Positions 20,243 through 28,526 of a stretch of DNA of 64,000 nt are shown piece after piece. The number at the start of each line of letters is the position of its first letter. Position 1 is the stretch's first letter. The DNA lies in assembly GCA_964607485.1 (NCBI GenBank), contig CAZSKP010000010.1, positions 67,451 to 131,450 of the forward strand, given 5' to 3'. The DNA is from an uncultured bacterium (GTDB lineage Bacteria; Abyssobacteria; SURF-5). Under the pieces are notes generated by a model, which saw only the letters and a list, made by a program, of their open reading frames with translations, did no database searches and was not told the DNA's origin. Both the position numbers and the translations under genes were made by a program.

Positions 20243-20287
20243 AGCGCGCTCTCTATTCGGCGTGCTGTCCAAGAGGCAATTGTCTAC

Positions 20288-20383
20288 GTGTCATTCTGAG
20301 CGAAGCGAAGAATCTCCTGATGATTAGCGTAAAGTTGCGCAAAAATGGGAGATTCTTCGTCGCGTCGCTCCTCAGAATGACAC
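20288..20383. repeat. REP-like long inverted-repeat element between arsR and the permease
   Basis: gtgtcattctgag (20288-20300) and ctcagaatgacac (20371-20383) form a perfect 13-bp terminal IR. An inner IR is cgaagaatctcc / ggagattcttcg. Confidence 0.75.
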
Positions 20384-20471
20384 TCCTGGTAAGGTCGCCA
20401 AGAGGCATCTCCTTTGGGCAACACGAGGTATTCATTTATGGCCATGCGACCATGCAATTCTCCAAGAGAAA

Positions 20472-20792
20472 TCATGCGGACCCCAAAATCTCCTGCTGCG
20501 CCTTCAGGTTCTCTTCCATCACCTGCTCGACACAGCCAAAGAAATCCATGACACATGGCCGATTCAATCGGTAAAACGACTTCTGGCCCTCCTTGCGGTC
20601 TTCCACCAGCCCGGCCTGCTTGAGAATGCTCAAATGCTTCGATACGGTGGACTGATCGCTACCTATCAGATCCACCAACTCGCACACGCAGATCTCGCCG
20701 TGCTCATTCATCGCGTCGAGCATCATGAGCCGGCTGGGATGTGCCATGGCCTTAAGGATTTTCGCCCGCATCTCGTAGATTTTCTTATTCAT
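20472..20792 (-). CDS. ArsR/SmtB-family metalloregulator
   Basis: KAMAHPSRL, EICVCEL, QSTVSKHL, LKQAGLV and a C-terminal PCV..FFGC. Confidence 0.92.
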   Translation of the reverse strand: MNKKIYEMRAKILKAMAHPSRLMMLDAMNEHGEICVCELVDLIGSDQSTVSKHLSILKQAGLVEDRKEGQKSFYRLNRPCVMDFFGCVEQVMEENLKAQQEILGSA

Positions 20793-20822
20793 GGCAACGG
20801 CCTCCTTTATCGCTCTATTGCC

Positions 20823-20851
20823 ACTTTACCATATAGCCATCAATCTGTCAA
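20823..20851 (-). promoter_or_regulatory. sigma70-type promoter of the arsR operon
   Basis: TTGACA (20851-46), N17, TAAAGT (20828-23) with an extended TG. SD AAGGAGG lies downstream. Confidence 0.65.
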
Positions 20852-21027
20852 GCGCTCGGACGGTTCTTTGTCTCCTGGCCTCATTTGAGGTGGCGGCCTT
20901 CGCCCCTCCCCCAAGACCTCTGGCGAAATCGGTGTGGGAGTGAGATAGTTGCTTAAGTCTCGCCCCTCCAGTTGCGTGAAAACCGAGGCGTGTGGCATTT
21001 CGTTTCTTGTCGTCAGGAGGGACTATC

Positions 21028-21672
21028 ATGCGGAGATTGGTGCAGCTCGGAATTGCGCTGTTAGCCGTCCTATCCATTCTTTGCGGTCGGGCAAGCGCCA
21101 CCGAATACGTGGTGGACCGGGCTCGGAGCGAGTTGGTGGTGCGATTGCACAAAGGCGGAATCGCGGCGGCGCTCGCGCACAATCATGTGATTCGCGCGAC
21201 CGATTACTTCGGAAGAGGCAGCTACGACCTGGCCGACCCTTCGAGGGGATCGATTCTGGTTGAAGTTCGGTCCGAATCACTCGTGGCCGACGAGGCGGCG
21301 ACGCGCGAAAAATACGGCCTCACCAAGCCGCTCAGCGACAAGGACCGAGAGAAAATTCAGTCAACCATGCAATCGACCGTCCAGATGGACGTGAAGAAAT
21401 ACCCGATGCTGAAGTTCCAGTCGACAAATATTGAAGAGCAATCGGAGGGCCGGTACACGATCACCGGCGATTTGACCATTCATGGCGTGACGCAGTCCGT
21501 CACTTTTCCCGTCGCAGTAACCCCGGAAGACGACGGCATGCGCGGCCGGGCCTCGTTCAAATTCAAGCAGAGCGATTTCGGGATAACGCCCTACAGCGCG
21601 ATGCTGGGCGCGCTCCGAAACGAAGACGAAGCCACTATGTATCTCGACATCTTCGCGATGCCCGTCCCGTAG
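21028..21672 (+). CDS. YceI-family secreted lipid/polyisoprenoid-binding protein
   Basis: Signal peptide, KYP-x-x-x-F-x-ST, GDLTIHGVT and QSDFGI. SD AGGAGG precedes ATG 21028. Confidence 0.85.
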   Translation: MRRLVQLGIALLAVLSILCGRASATEYVVDRARSELVVRLHKGGIAAALAHNHVIRATDYFGRGSYDLADPSRGSILVEVRSESLVADEAATREKYGLTKPLSDKDREKIQSTMQSTVQMDVKKYPMLKFQSTNIEEQSEGRYTITGDLTIHGVTQSVTFPVAVTPEDDGMRGRASFKFKQSDFGITPYSAMLGALRNEDEATMYLDIFAMPVP

Positions 21673-21692
21673 CAATAGCAGCAACGCGATTC

Positions 21693-22568
21693 CTATCCGC
21701 CCATTTCTTCTCGCGTCCCGGCTATCCGGGCGAAGTCAACCTCCTCGTAGAACCGCGAAAAGTAGAACTTCGCATTCGGGCATTCTTCATGGACGGCCCT
21801 GCGATAATCGTCGAGGTTCATGTACTTCGACAGGGTGTAGGGGTGCATGAAATCGTCGAAGTGGTGGACCATCGTCACATCGGGCTTGAACCTTTCGACC
21901 AACAACTGCGACTGTTGCAGCCACTTCCTGTTGGCGGGGCAGTACGGGATTGCCAGAACGTTGACACGCTCGATTTCGCCCAGTTCGTCAACCTGGCCGG
22001 TGAGGTTGCCGAAGTAGAGCATGGTCTTGCCGGCGGGGGGAAATCGGAAATGGAAGACGAAGCAATTGCCGAAGACGTGATGCCTCAGCCATTTGAACCC
22101 GGCAGGCACGGCTTGCGGCATTCCATGCAGCCACGGGCGAATGAACATTGACCGGATGAACCAGAAGTCGATTTCCTCGGTTCCTATCTGGTAGGGCGTT
22201 ACATCGATATCGGCAATGTTGAACGTCCGCCCCTTGACGCTCTCGAGCGCGTGCCACTTCGACCGGTCAACGGAGAGGTGCAACCGACTTGCCTCGCGCT
22301 CGATGTCGACCAGACACCGCTCGGGCGCGTAGGTCTCCGCGTTATGCCTCGCGGCGATGAAGGGAGCATCCCACGAGTGGTCCAGATGCCCGTGCGTGAG
22401 GAGCAGATAATCCACCCTGTCGAGGTCGTCCCTCGTGACCTGCAGATGCGGCTTATCGCCAGGCAGGCGTGTGTAAAGCGGGTCGATGATTATCTTCAGA
22501 TCTTTGTAGTGGATATGATAATGCGCGGCGCCGTGCCACAGAAACGTGAGCCTGTCATCGGATTCCAT
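21693..22568 (-). CDS. MBL-fold metallo-hydrolase
   Basis: IIDP, THGHLDH and a C-terminal HHFD. Confidence 0.8.
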   Translation of the reverse strand: MESDDRLTFLWHGAAHYHIHYKDLKIIIDPLYTRLPGDKPHLQVTRDDLDRVDYLLLTHGHLDHSWDAPFIAARHNAETYAPERCLVDIEREASRLHLSVDRSKWHALESVKGRTFNIADIDVTPYQIGTEEIDFWFIRSMFIRPWLHGMPQAVPAGFKWLRHHVFGNCFVFHFRFPPAGKTMLYFGNLTGQVDELGEIERVNVLAIPYCPANRKWLQQSQLLVERFKPDVTMVHHFDDFMHPYTLSKYMNLDDYRRAVHEECPNAKFYFSRFYEEVDFARIAGTREEMGG

Positions 22569-22592
22569 GCCTCCTCCTTGCCCTTGGGCAAC

Positions 22593-23723
22593 TCACCTCG
22601 CGAGCATTTCGAGGAAGCCCTGCACGCGGGTGCGTATCTGCCCGCGCCCGGGGCCGACGCGGTGCTCGGTCTCGATGACCATGTTCGGGATGCCGGCCTC
22701 CTTGAGGGCCTCGCTCAGAAGAGGCTGCTCGGCGAGGTGCGGGTCGCAGAACTTCTGTATGACGAATATGAGCGACTCGGCGCGACACTCGCGCATGCCT
22801 TCGAGGATGAACTCGAGCCTCCGCTTGACCGGCAGGCGGCTCGGGCATGGCGTGCGCGCGATGTAGCGCCTTGCCAGCGCCTCGACGGGGTCGCCGCCCG
22901 GCTCGACGAGATCGAAAAAACTCCGCGCGCCCGTGCAGAGGTCGTCGCCGACGATGGTCGCTCCCGCTTCCTCGATGACCTTCAGGATTTCCGGGTCGTG
23001 CAGCTCGCTGCCGGAGACATAGGCCCGGTGGGCGTCCTGTCCGCATCCGACGGGCCGAAGAATCTCCGCGATGAGCGCCTCGACCATATCCGAATAATCC
23101 TCAGGCGGCATGAGTGAGCCCGCAAGGACCACCTCAAGCACGTCGCTCCCCGATATCGGCGTCGGATTCGCGGCGCGGAGCGCGCACAGCCGCTTGAGCA
23201 CGGACCGCCTTCGGTTGTACACATCTATGCTCTTCGATAACGACTCGTCCGAAATTTGCGCGCCCATGAATTTCTCAATGGCTTCCTTGAGCTTGTTGAG
23301 TTCGCGCACATGATACCGCAGCGAGCCCGCGCTCAGGAAATACGGAGGCGCGAACATGTAGGTGAAGTCGGTCTTTATGTTGCGCTGCCAGATGCCGAAC
23401 AGGCCGCAGGTCGCGTCGCAGGTGTAGGCGTGCACGATCCCGTCCAGATAGTCGAACCCGCCCTTGAGCGCAGTGTCGAGCACGCCTCTGACGAACGGGC
23501 AGACGAAGCTCTGTATCAGCGTTTCCGCCTGGGTGATGTCCTCCGTGCCGCCGAAAAGGCGGACGGGGTGTATGCCCGCCGCGTGGAGCAGCTCCTCTGG
23601 CGTGTAGCTGCAAAAGTAGCCGAAAATCTTCTTGCCGGTGCGCTTCCTTAGATCGCGCAGATATTCCGTCCGGTTTCGGACGACTTCGCCGAAGCTCTGC
23701 ACGGTCACCGCTTTCGTCGTCAT
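22593..23723 (-). CDS. 2-hydroxyacyl-CoA dehydratase / benzoyl-CoA reductase subunit (HgdB/BcrC/BadD family)
   Basis: GYFCSYTPEEL, CPF, TCD, DDLCTG, CPS, KFCDPH and TRVQGF motifs. Confidence 0.88.
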   Translation of the reverse strand: MTTKAVTVQSFGEVVRNRTEYLRDLRKRTGKKIFGYFCSYTPEELLHAAGIHPVRLFGGTEDITQAETLIQSFVCPFVRGVLDTALKGGFDYLDGIVHAYTCDATCGLFGIWQRNIKTDFTYMFAPPYFLSAGSLRYHVRELNKLKEAIEKFMGAQISDESLSKSIDVYNRRRSVLKRLCALRAANPTPISGSDVLEVVLAGSLMPPEDYSDMVEALIAEILRPVGCGQDAHRAYVSGSELHDPEILKVIEEAGATIVGDDLCTGARSFFDLVEPGGDPVEALARRYIARTPCPSRLPVKRRLEFILEGMRECRAESLIFVIQKFCDPHLAEQPLLSEALKEAGIPNMVIETEHRVGPGRGQIRTRVQGFLEMLAR

Positions 23724-23738
23724 GTCTCTTTTCCCTTG

Positions 23739-26147
23739 TCACCGGCTCGCGGCAGGGTGCGCCGGCGTAAGCCTCAGATGTCCCTGGACGCTGCCGATGA
23801 AATCCTCCCGGTCCATCATTTCCGTTATATACTCGCCCTTGAGCCATTTGTCGCAGAAATCGTGATAGTGGCGGCTTGCGGGATTGCCCGATTGGCCGGT
23901 CGTGTCGATGGCCAGAGTCTTGTTCAGCCGGGAGAAATCCATGATATGCCTGAGCGAGGCGGCCATGGTCACGTCGTAGGGCTTGTTGAAGTCAAAGGTG
24001 CCCCTGTTTACGGATTCGCCGTCGCCCGGGAAGGGAAACGGTCCATAGTCAAAAATCATCTTCACGAGCCCGCTCCGGTCGAGCGAGTGGCGGAACTCGA
24101 TGGTGTGCACGCGGCCCCATTCCCACTTCGAGACATCGCTGCCCAGCCTCTTTTCGAGCGATGAGATCGCCTGTGTGAAACTGCGGACGGCGATGTCGTC
24201 GCGGGTTTCGACCTCTTCGGTGCGCACGTCGTCGAACCAATGGGAGCCCTCCTGCACGAACCCGACAAATCTCTCCAGCCAGAGATAGTAGTTGTCGAGA
24301 TACTCCTTGGCCAATTCCTGTCCCATTTCGTCAACAAACGTGTTCTTCGCAAATGTGAGCAGGAATTCGTGGTATATGGTCGCGGCGACGCTGTCGGTCG
24401 TGTTGTCGAAGTCCCACTCTTGCAGGCGGGCGGCGGCATCGCGCAGCCGGGCGTCGGGAAGGTCGGCCAGCGCAGGCAAGAGAGTTTCCAGGAGCAGCTT
24501 CGCGAGCAGCGACTTCGAATCCGCCTGAATTCGCGCCATGCTCTCGGCATCGTGTGTATCCTGCGCCTCGATGAGTTCGGCTATCCTTTGGTATCTGAAT
24601 CTCGGAGCCCACTCGGCCGAGAGGAAATGGTGGTACTCGTCGCCCACGACCCGGTTGTTGGCCGTGACAAGGTAGCCGGAAGGCGGGTTGAATGTGTGCG
24701 GCATTTCCGCAAAAGGGATCCGCCCCTTCCATCGTGTTTCGCTCGTCCAGCCCTCCTGCGGGACGGTGCCGTCTCCACGCGAGCGAATGGGTATCGTTCC
24801 CGCGCCATAGTATCCGATGTTCCCATCGATGTCGGCATACAATAGATTTTGGGGTGCGACCGAGAACTTGCTGAGGGCCTTACAGAACTCGTCCCAGTTG
24901 GCCGCTCGATTCACGGCGCTCAGTGCCTCATATTCCGGTGTCGGCTCAAATCCTGTCCAGCACAGGCTGATGGCCTGTGCCATCCCCGGAAGCGCGTCAT
25001 TCATCAACGGTCCGTGTATCGTGCGCCGGATTTCCTTCTGTATGGACGAGACGTCCCCCTTCTTGGTGCGGAATGAAATGCGCTCCAGTCGCGTGTCCAT
25101 GTCAACCCACTTGCCATTGTATTCATACTGATTCGGGTCCTTGGGGTTGATGCGTTCTATGAATACGTCCTGCACGTCGGCGTTCATGTTGGTCATGCCC
25201 CAGCCGATTCTGCGGTTGTGTCCGAGTATGGGGAGCGTAGTCCCCGGAAAGACGCCGCCGATGACGTCGTACCCCGCGCCGACAAGATGGGCGAAGTACC
25301 AGATCGACGGCATGCGGCTGCCGCTCAGGTGCGGGTCGTTCGCGAGTATGGGCGCGTGATTTTTCGCCCGCGAGGGACCTACGACCCAGCAGTTGCTCCC
25401 GCCGGGCTGCCCTATGATCTCGTCCAGCAGAGGCGCGCCTCCGTCGAGGAACGATTGTTCCAGCGGCTCTTTGACGACGGCGGCGGGAATGATGAACGGA
25501 CCCTCGGAAGGATATGTCGGGCCCAGCTCGGCCGCGCGTTTCGGGCCGAGCTTCGCAATCAGCTTCATGGCGACGATTTCACTCTTGAAATTCATCGAGA
25601 GCTGCCACGCCAGTAATCTGGAGATGGCCAGTGTGTCGGACGGCCGCCACCGCTCGGGCCGATATTTGAGCAGGCGAAACTCGGGAGGCAGCGCCGCCAT
25701 GTGCTCGATGCAGGCGTTCACGCCGTCGGAAAACGCCTCGAGCCCGGCCAGGGCGGCGGGAGATAGTCCTTTAACCTGTCGGCGCGCCGTTTGCTCGAAG
25801 CCGAGAGTGCGCATGAGCACGTCGAGCTCGAGCGCGTTCTCACCCAGTATTTCCGCCAGGCGGCCGGTGGCCGCTCGGCGCGTCAGGTCCATCTGCCACA
25901 GCCGTTCCTGCGCGCTCACGAACCCGACGGCGAACATCAGGTCGTTCTGATTCCCGGCATAGATATGCGGTATCCCGTATTCGTCGCGGTAGATATCGAC
26001 CTGCTCGGAGAGACCTTCGAGCGTGATAACGCCCGAGAGTTCGGGAAGCGACTCGGCCAGCTTCGCACGACCCCACACAACGACTGCAACGCCGGCGACG
26101 ATGATGGCAAGACAGACCACAAGGACAATAATCAGGGGTCTTCTCAC
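23739..26147 (-). CDS. Penicillin acylase family (S45 Ntn-hydrolase) amidase with N-terminal anchor
   Basis: RDEYGIPHI, QERLWQMD, the autocleavage motif GSNCWVV, ANDPHL, TANN and GQSGNP. GTG start follows GAAGGA. Confidence 0.9.
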   Translation of the reverse strand: MRRPLIIVLVVCLAIIVAGVAVVVWGRAKLAESLPELSGVITLEGLSEQVDIYRDEYGIPHIYAGNQNDLMFAVGFVSAQERLWQMDLTRRAATGRLAEILGENALELDVLMRTLGFEQTARRQVKGLSPAALAGLEAFSDGVNACIEHMAALPPEFRLLKYRPERWRPSDTLAISRLLAWQLSMNFKSEIVAMKLIAKLGPKRAAELGPTYPSEGPFIIPAAVVKEPLEQSFLDGGAPLLDEIIGQPGGSNCWVVGPSRAKNHAPILANDPHLSGSRMPSIWYFAHLVGAGYDVIGGVFPGTTLPILGHNRRIGWGMTNMNADVQDVFIERINPKDPNQYEYNGKWVDMDTRLERISFRTKKGDVSSIQKEIRRTIHGPLMNDALPGMAQAISLCWTGFEPTPEYEALSAVNRAANWDEFCKALSKFSVAPQNLLYADIDGNIGYYGAGTIPIRSRGDGTVPQEGWTSETRWKGRIPFAEMPHTFNPPSGYLVTANNRVVGDEYHHFLSAEWAPRFRYQRIAELIEAQDTHDAESMARIQADSKSLLAKLLLETLLPALADLPDARLRDAAARLQEWDFDNTTDSVAATIYHEFLLTFAKNTFVDEMGQELAKEYLDNYYLWLERFVGFVQEGSHWFDDVRTEEVETRDDIAVRSFTQAISSLEKRLGSDVSKWEWGRVHTIEFRHSLDRSGLVKMIFDYGPFPFPGDGESVNRGTFDFNKPYDVTMAASLRHIMDFSRLNKTLAIDTTGQSGNPASRHYHDFCDKWLKGEYITEMMDREDFIGSVQGHLRLTPAHPAASR

Positions 26148-26222
26148 AAACAATTCCTTCCGCGGAAATCTCTCGGGGGAACTATTCGGTTCGGAAGAAA
26201 AGCGTGCGCTCAATTACGGGCA

Positions 26223-26251
26223 ATTATAGGTATCGCGGCCCTCGTTGTCAA
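26223..26251 (-). promoter_or_regulatory. Perfect-consensus sigma70 promoter upstream of the acylase operon
   Basis: TTGACA (26251-46), N17, TATAAT (26228-23). Confidence 0.8.
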
Positions 26252-26270
26252 CCGGACAAAGAGGCCGGAT

Positions 26271-26324
26271 GGGGACTGTCCCAGATTTACGGACGCGAAG
26301 TGTCGTACAATCGGGACTGTCCCC
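26271..26324. repeat. REP-like element bounded by two GGGACTGTCCC units
   Basis: ggggactgtccc-agatttacggacgcgaagtgtcgtacaatc-gggactgtcccc. Each end unit is itself a near-palindrome and the interior is an imperfect hairpin. Confidence 0.6.
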
Positions 26325-26363
26325 GGAGCAAAACGCCGGTTGCCGAATTATCGGACGGAGCCG

Positions 26364-26759
26364 TCATTGTTTCTCGACAGAAGGTGCGCGGCCCAGAGCG
26401 CATTCTGCGACGGCTTTCTTACATGGGCTGCCGGCATGCAGACGATTAGTATCGCACTTGTCGCTCAGGGCCCAATCGGTGAGACGATAGTTCAGCCTGC
26501 AGCCGAAGGCGAGGAAGCCGGTGATGCGCTCGCCGATTCCCCTGCGGCGTGAAACCTCCGAGGGCGATTGAGTCGAGTGCGAACAGCAAGGCATGGGGTT
26601 TGGACAAGTCGCGGATTCGGCCTGAGAGATCGACCGCTCACTCACGGTTCCTTCGGTTCCTGTCGCGGAATCCGCCGCCGCGAAAACCTCGCGCACGGGA
26701 AGAAGCATCAACGCCGCAATTGCGACTACCAGACAGACTGCATTCACTCGCACCTTCAT
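26364..26759 (-). CDS. Hypothetical secreted Cys-rich protein
   Basis: Signal-peptide-like N-terminus (MKVR...VFAA), SD GAAGGAG, and an upstream TTGACG-N18-TATAAT promoter (26827-26798). Confidence 0.55.
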   Translation of the reverse strand: MKVRVNAVCLVVAIAALMLLPVREVFAAADSATGTEGTVSERSISQAESATCPNPMPCCSHSTQSPSEVSRRRGIGERITGFLAFGCRLNYRLTDWALSDKCDTNRLHAGSPCKKAVAECALGRAPSVEKQ

Positions 26760-26846
26760 CGTGGCATCTCCTTCCGGTTGCAATCCCGTTCGATGCAATT
26801 ATAACCAATTTGTTAGAGTTCCGTCAAAGCTGTCACCCGCTGATTC

Positions 26847-26875
26847 TTGACAGCACGTCCGGTGTGTTGTAGCAT
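26847..26875 (+). promoter_or_regulatory. sigma70-type promoter of the 2-hydroxyacid dehydrogenase
   Basis: TTGACA (26847-52), N17, TAGCAT (26870-75). Confidence 0.6.
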
Positions 26876-26914
26876 TCTGTCAAACGGCTGAAGCAGGCAT
26901 GAAGGAGGCGGAAG

Positions 26915-27901
26915 GTGAAAAGAAAACCCGCAAAGAAGAGTGTTTACATCACCCGCACGATACCCTCGCCCGGCGTCGAGCTTCTTCGGAGACATTTCAA
27001 GGTGACGATGAACGCCGAAGACCGAAACGCCCGGCGGAGTGAAATAAAGGGAGCGCTCAAGAATGTCGATGCGCTCCTCTGCCTGCTGGCCGACCCCATC
27101 GACGCCGAGCTTCTGGCCGATGCGCCCAACCTGCGCATCGTTGCCAACATGGCTGTCGGATACGACAACATCGAACTCAAGGCCGCAGCCAAACGCGGGA
27201 TCATGGTGACCAACACGCCGGGCGTGTTGACCGAAACAACGGCCGACCTCGCATGGGCGCTTATACTGGCGACCGCGCGCCGGTTGGTCGAAGCCGACGC
27301 GTACACGCGCGATGGCAAATTCTCCGGCTGGGAACCGATGCTCTTTCTGGGTGGCGACGTGTACGGCAAGACTCTCGGTGTCGTCGGATTTGGGCGCATA
27401 GGTCGCGCAGTGGCTGGTCGCGCAAAAGGTTTCGGCATGAGGGTGCTCTACTGCGACGAGACCAAGGCGTCGGCATCGGTCGAAAAGAAACTCGGGGCCC
27501 GGCGCGTCTCGCTGGGCAAACTTCTGCGCGAGTCCGATTTCGTCACGCTGCACGTGCCCCTGACCCCGGGCACGCGCCTCCTCATAGGACGAGAACAGCT
27601 GCAGATGATGAAGCTGACCGCCTGCCTCATCAACACGTCGCGCGGTCCCGTCGTAAACGAAAAGGAGCTGGTGCGGGCGCTCAAGCGGAGAACAATTGCC
27701 GGAGCGGGTCTGGATGTGTACGAGAGAGAGCCTGCGCTCGCGCGGGGGCTGGCCGCGCTGCCGAACGCGACACTCCTCCCCCACATCGGCAGCGCCTCCA
27801 CCGAGACACGAACGAAGATGTCGCTCATGGCGGCCGAGAACATCATCGCGGCGCTGTCGGGCAGGAGGCCTCCGAATCTTCTTAACAAGCCGAAGCGTTG
27901 A
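26915..27901 (+). CDS. D-glycerate dehydrogenase / glyoxylate reductase (D-2-hydroxyacid dehydrogenase)
   Basis: AVGYDNI, TNTPGVLT, GFGRIG, INTSRG, LDVYE-x-EP and PHIGSA motifs. Confidence 0.92.
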   Translation: MKRKPAKKSVYITRTIPSPGVELLRRHFKVTMNAEDRNARRSEIKGALKNVDALLCLLADPIDAELLADAPNLRIVANMAVGYDNIELKAAAKRGIMVTNTPGVLTETTADLAWALILATARRLVEADAYTRDGKFSGWEPMLFLGGDVYGKTLGVVGFGRIGRAVAGRAKGFGMRVLYCDETKASASVEKKLGARRVSLGKLLRESDFVTLHVPLTPGTRLLIGREQLQMMKLTACLINTSRGPVVNEKELVRALKRRTIAGAGLDVYEREPALARGLAALPNATLLPHIGSASTETRTKMSLMAAENIIAALSGRRPPNLLNKPKR

Positions 27902-27928
27902 GACCGGCGGGACCGACGCCACGCTGAT

Positions 27929-27977
27929 TGTCTTCCTGAGCGCTACCGCTTGTCATCCTGTGCGAAGCGAAGAATCT
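27929..27977. repeat. Solo arm(s) of the 20288-type REP-like element
   Basis: tgtcatcctgtgcgaagcgaagaatct (27951-27977) is 25/27 identical to 20289-20315. A shorter degenerate copy, tgtcttcctgagcg, starts at 27929. Confidence 0.65.
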
Positions 27978-28515
27978 ACCTCTCGCCGGTCTCGTCCTCT
28001 ATCGCCTCATCGAACGCAGGCGGATAACGCACCATTCCGCTAATCCCGTCCAGTGAGCCGGCGGTGAGTTCGAGCGCCATGAACGCTTCATCCGGCACCT
28101 GGAACGGCGCCTCCAATCCTTTCGCCCTGGCGGATGAAAACCCGAATCGTGGATAGAATTCCGGATGCCCGACAACTATCACGATTTGGTGCTCCAGGCG
28201 CCAACACTCTTTCAACCCGTGTCGCACCAGCGAAGAGCCGATGCCGCGCTTTTGGAATTTCGGTCGAACGGCCATCACCGCCAGTGCCAATGCCGGCGTC
28301 GAGGTCCCTCGCTCCTCGATGGTCATCGGGCTGAAGAGGATGTGTCCGACAACTTGTCCGTTCTCAACGGCCACCAGCGACAACTCCGGAGTGAAGTCGG
28401 GTGACTGCCGAAGGGCCTCGATCAAATGCGCCTCGACCTCTCTTCCGAAGGCGAGCACGTTCACCTCGTGAACGGCGGCGTGGTCCACTGTCGTCTCGGG
28501 ACGGATGGTAATCAT
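27976..28515 (-). CDS. GNAT N-acetyltransferase (YhbS-like)
   Basis: IRPE, VVGHILFSP, Q-x-x-GIG acetyl-CoA loop and GHPEFYPRFGF. Start MITIRPE follows an SD. Confidence 0.9.
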   Translation of the reverse strand: MITIRPETTVDHAAVHEVNVLAFGREVEAHLIEALRQSPDFTPELSLVAVENGQVVGHILFSPMTIEERGTSTPALALAVMAVRPKFQKRGIGSSLVRHGLKECWRLEHQIVIVVGHPEFYPRFGFSSARAKGLEAPFQVPDEAFMALELTAGSLDGISGMVRYPPAFDEAIEDETGER

Positions 28516-28526
28516 AAAAGCCTTCC

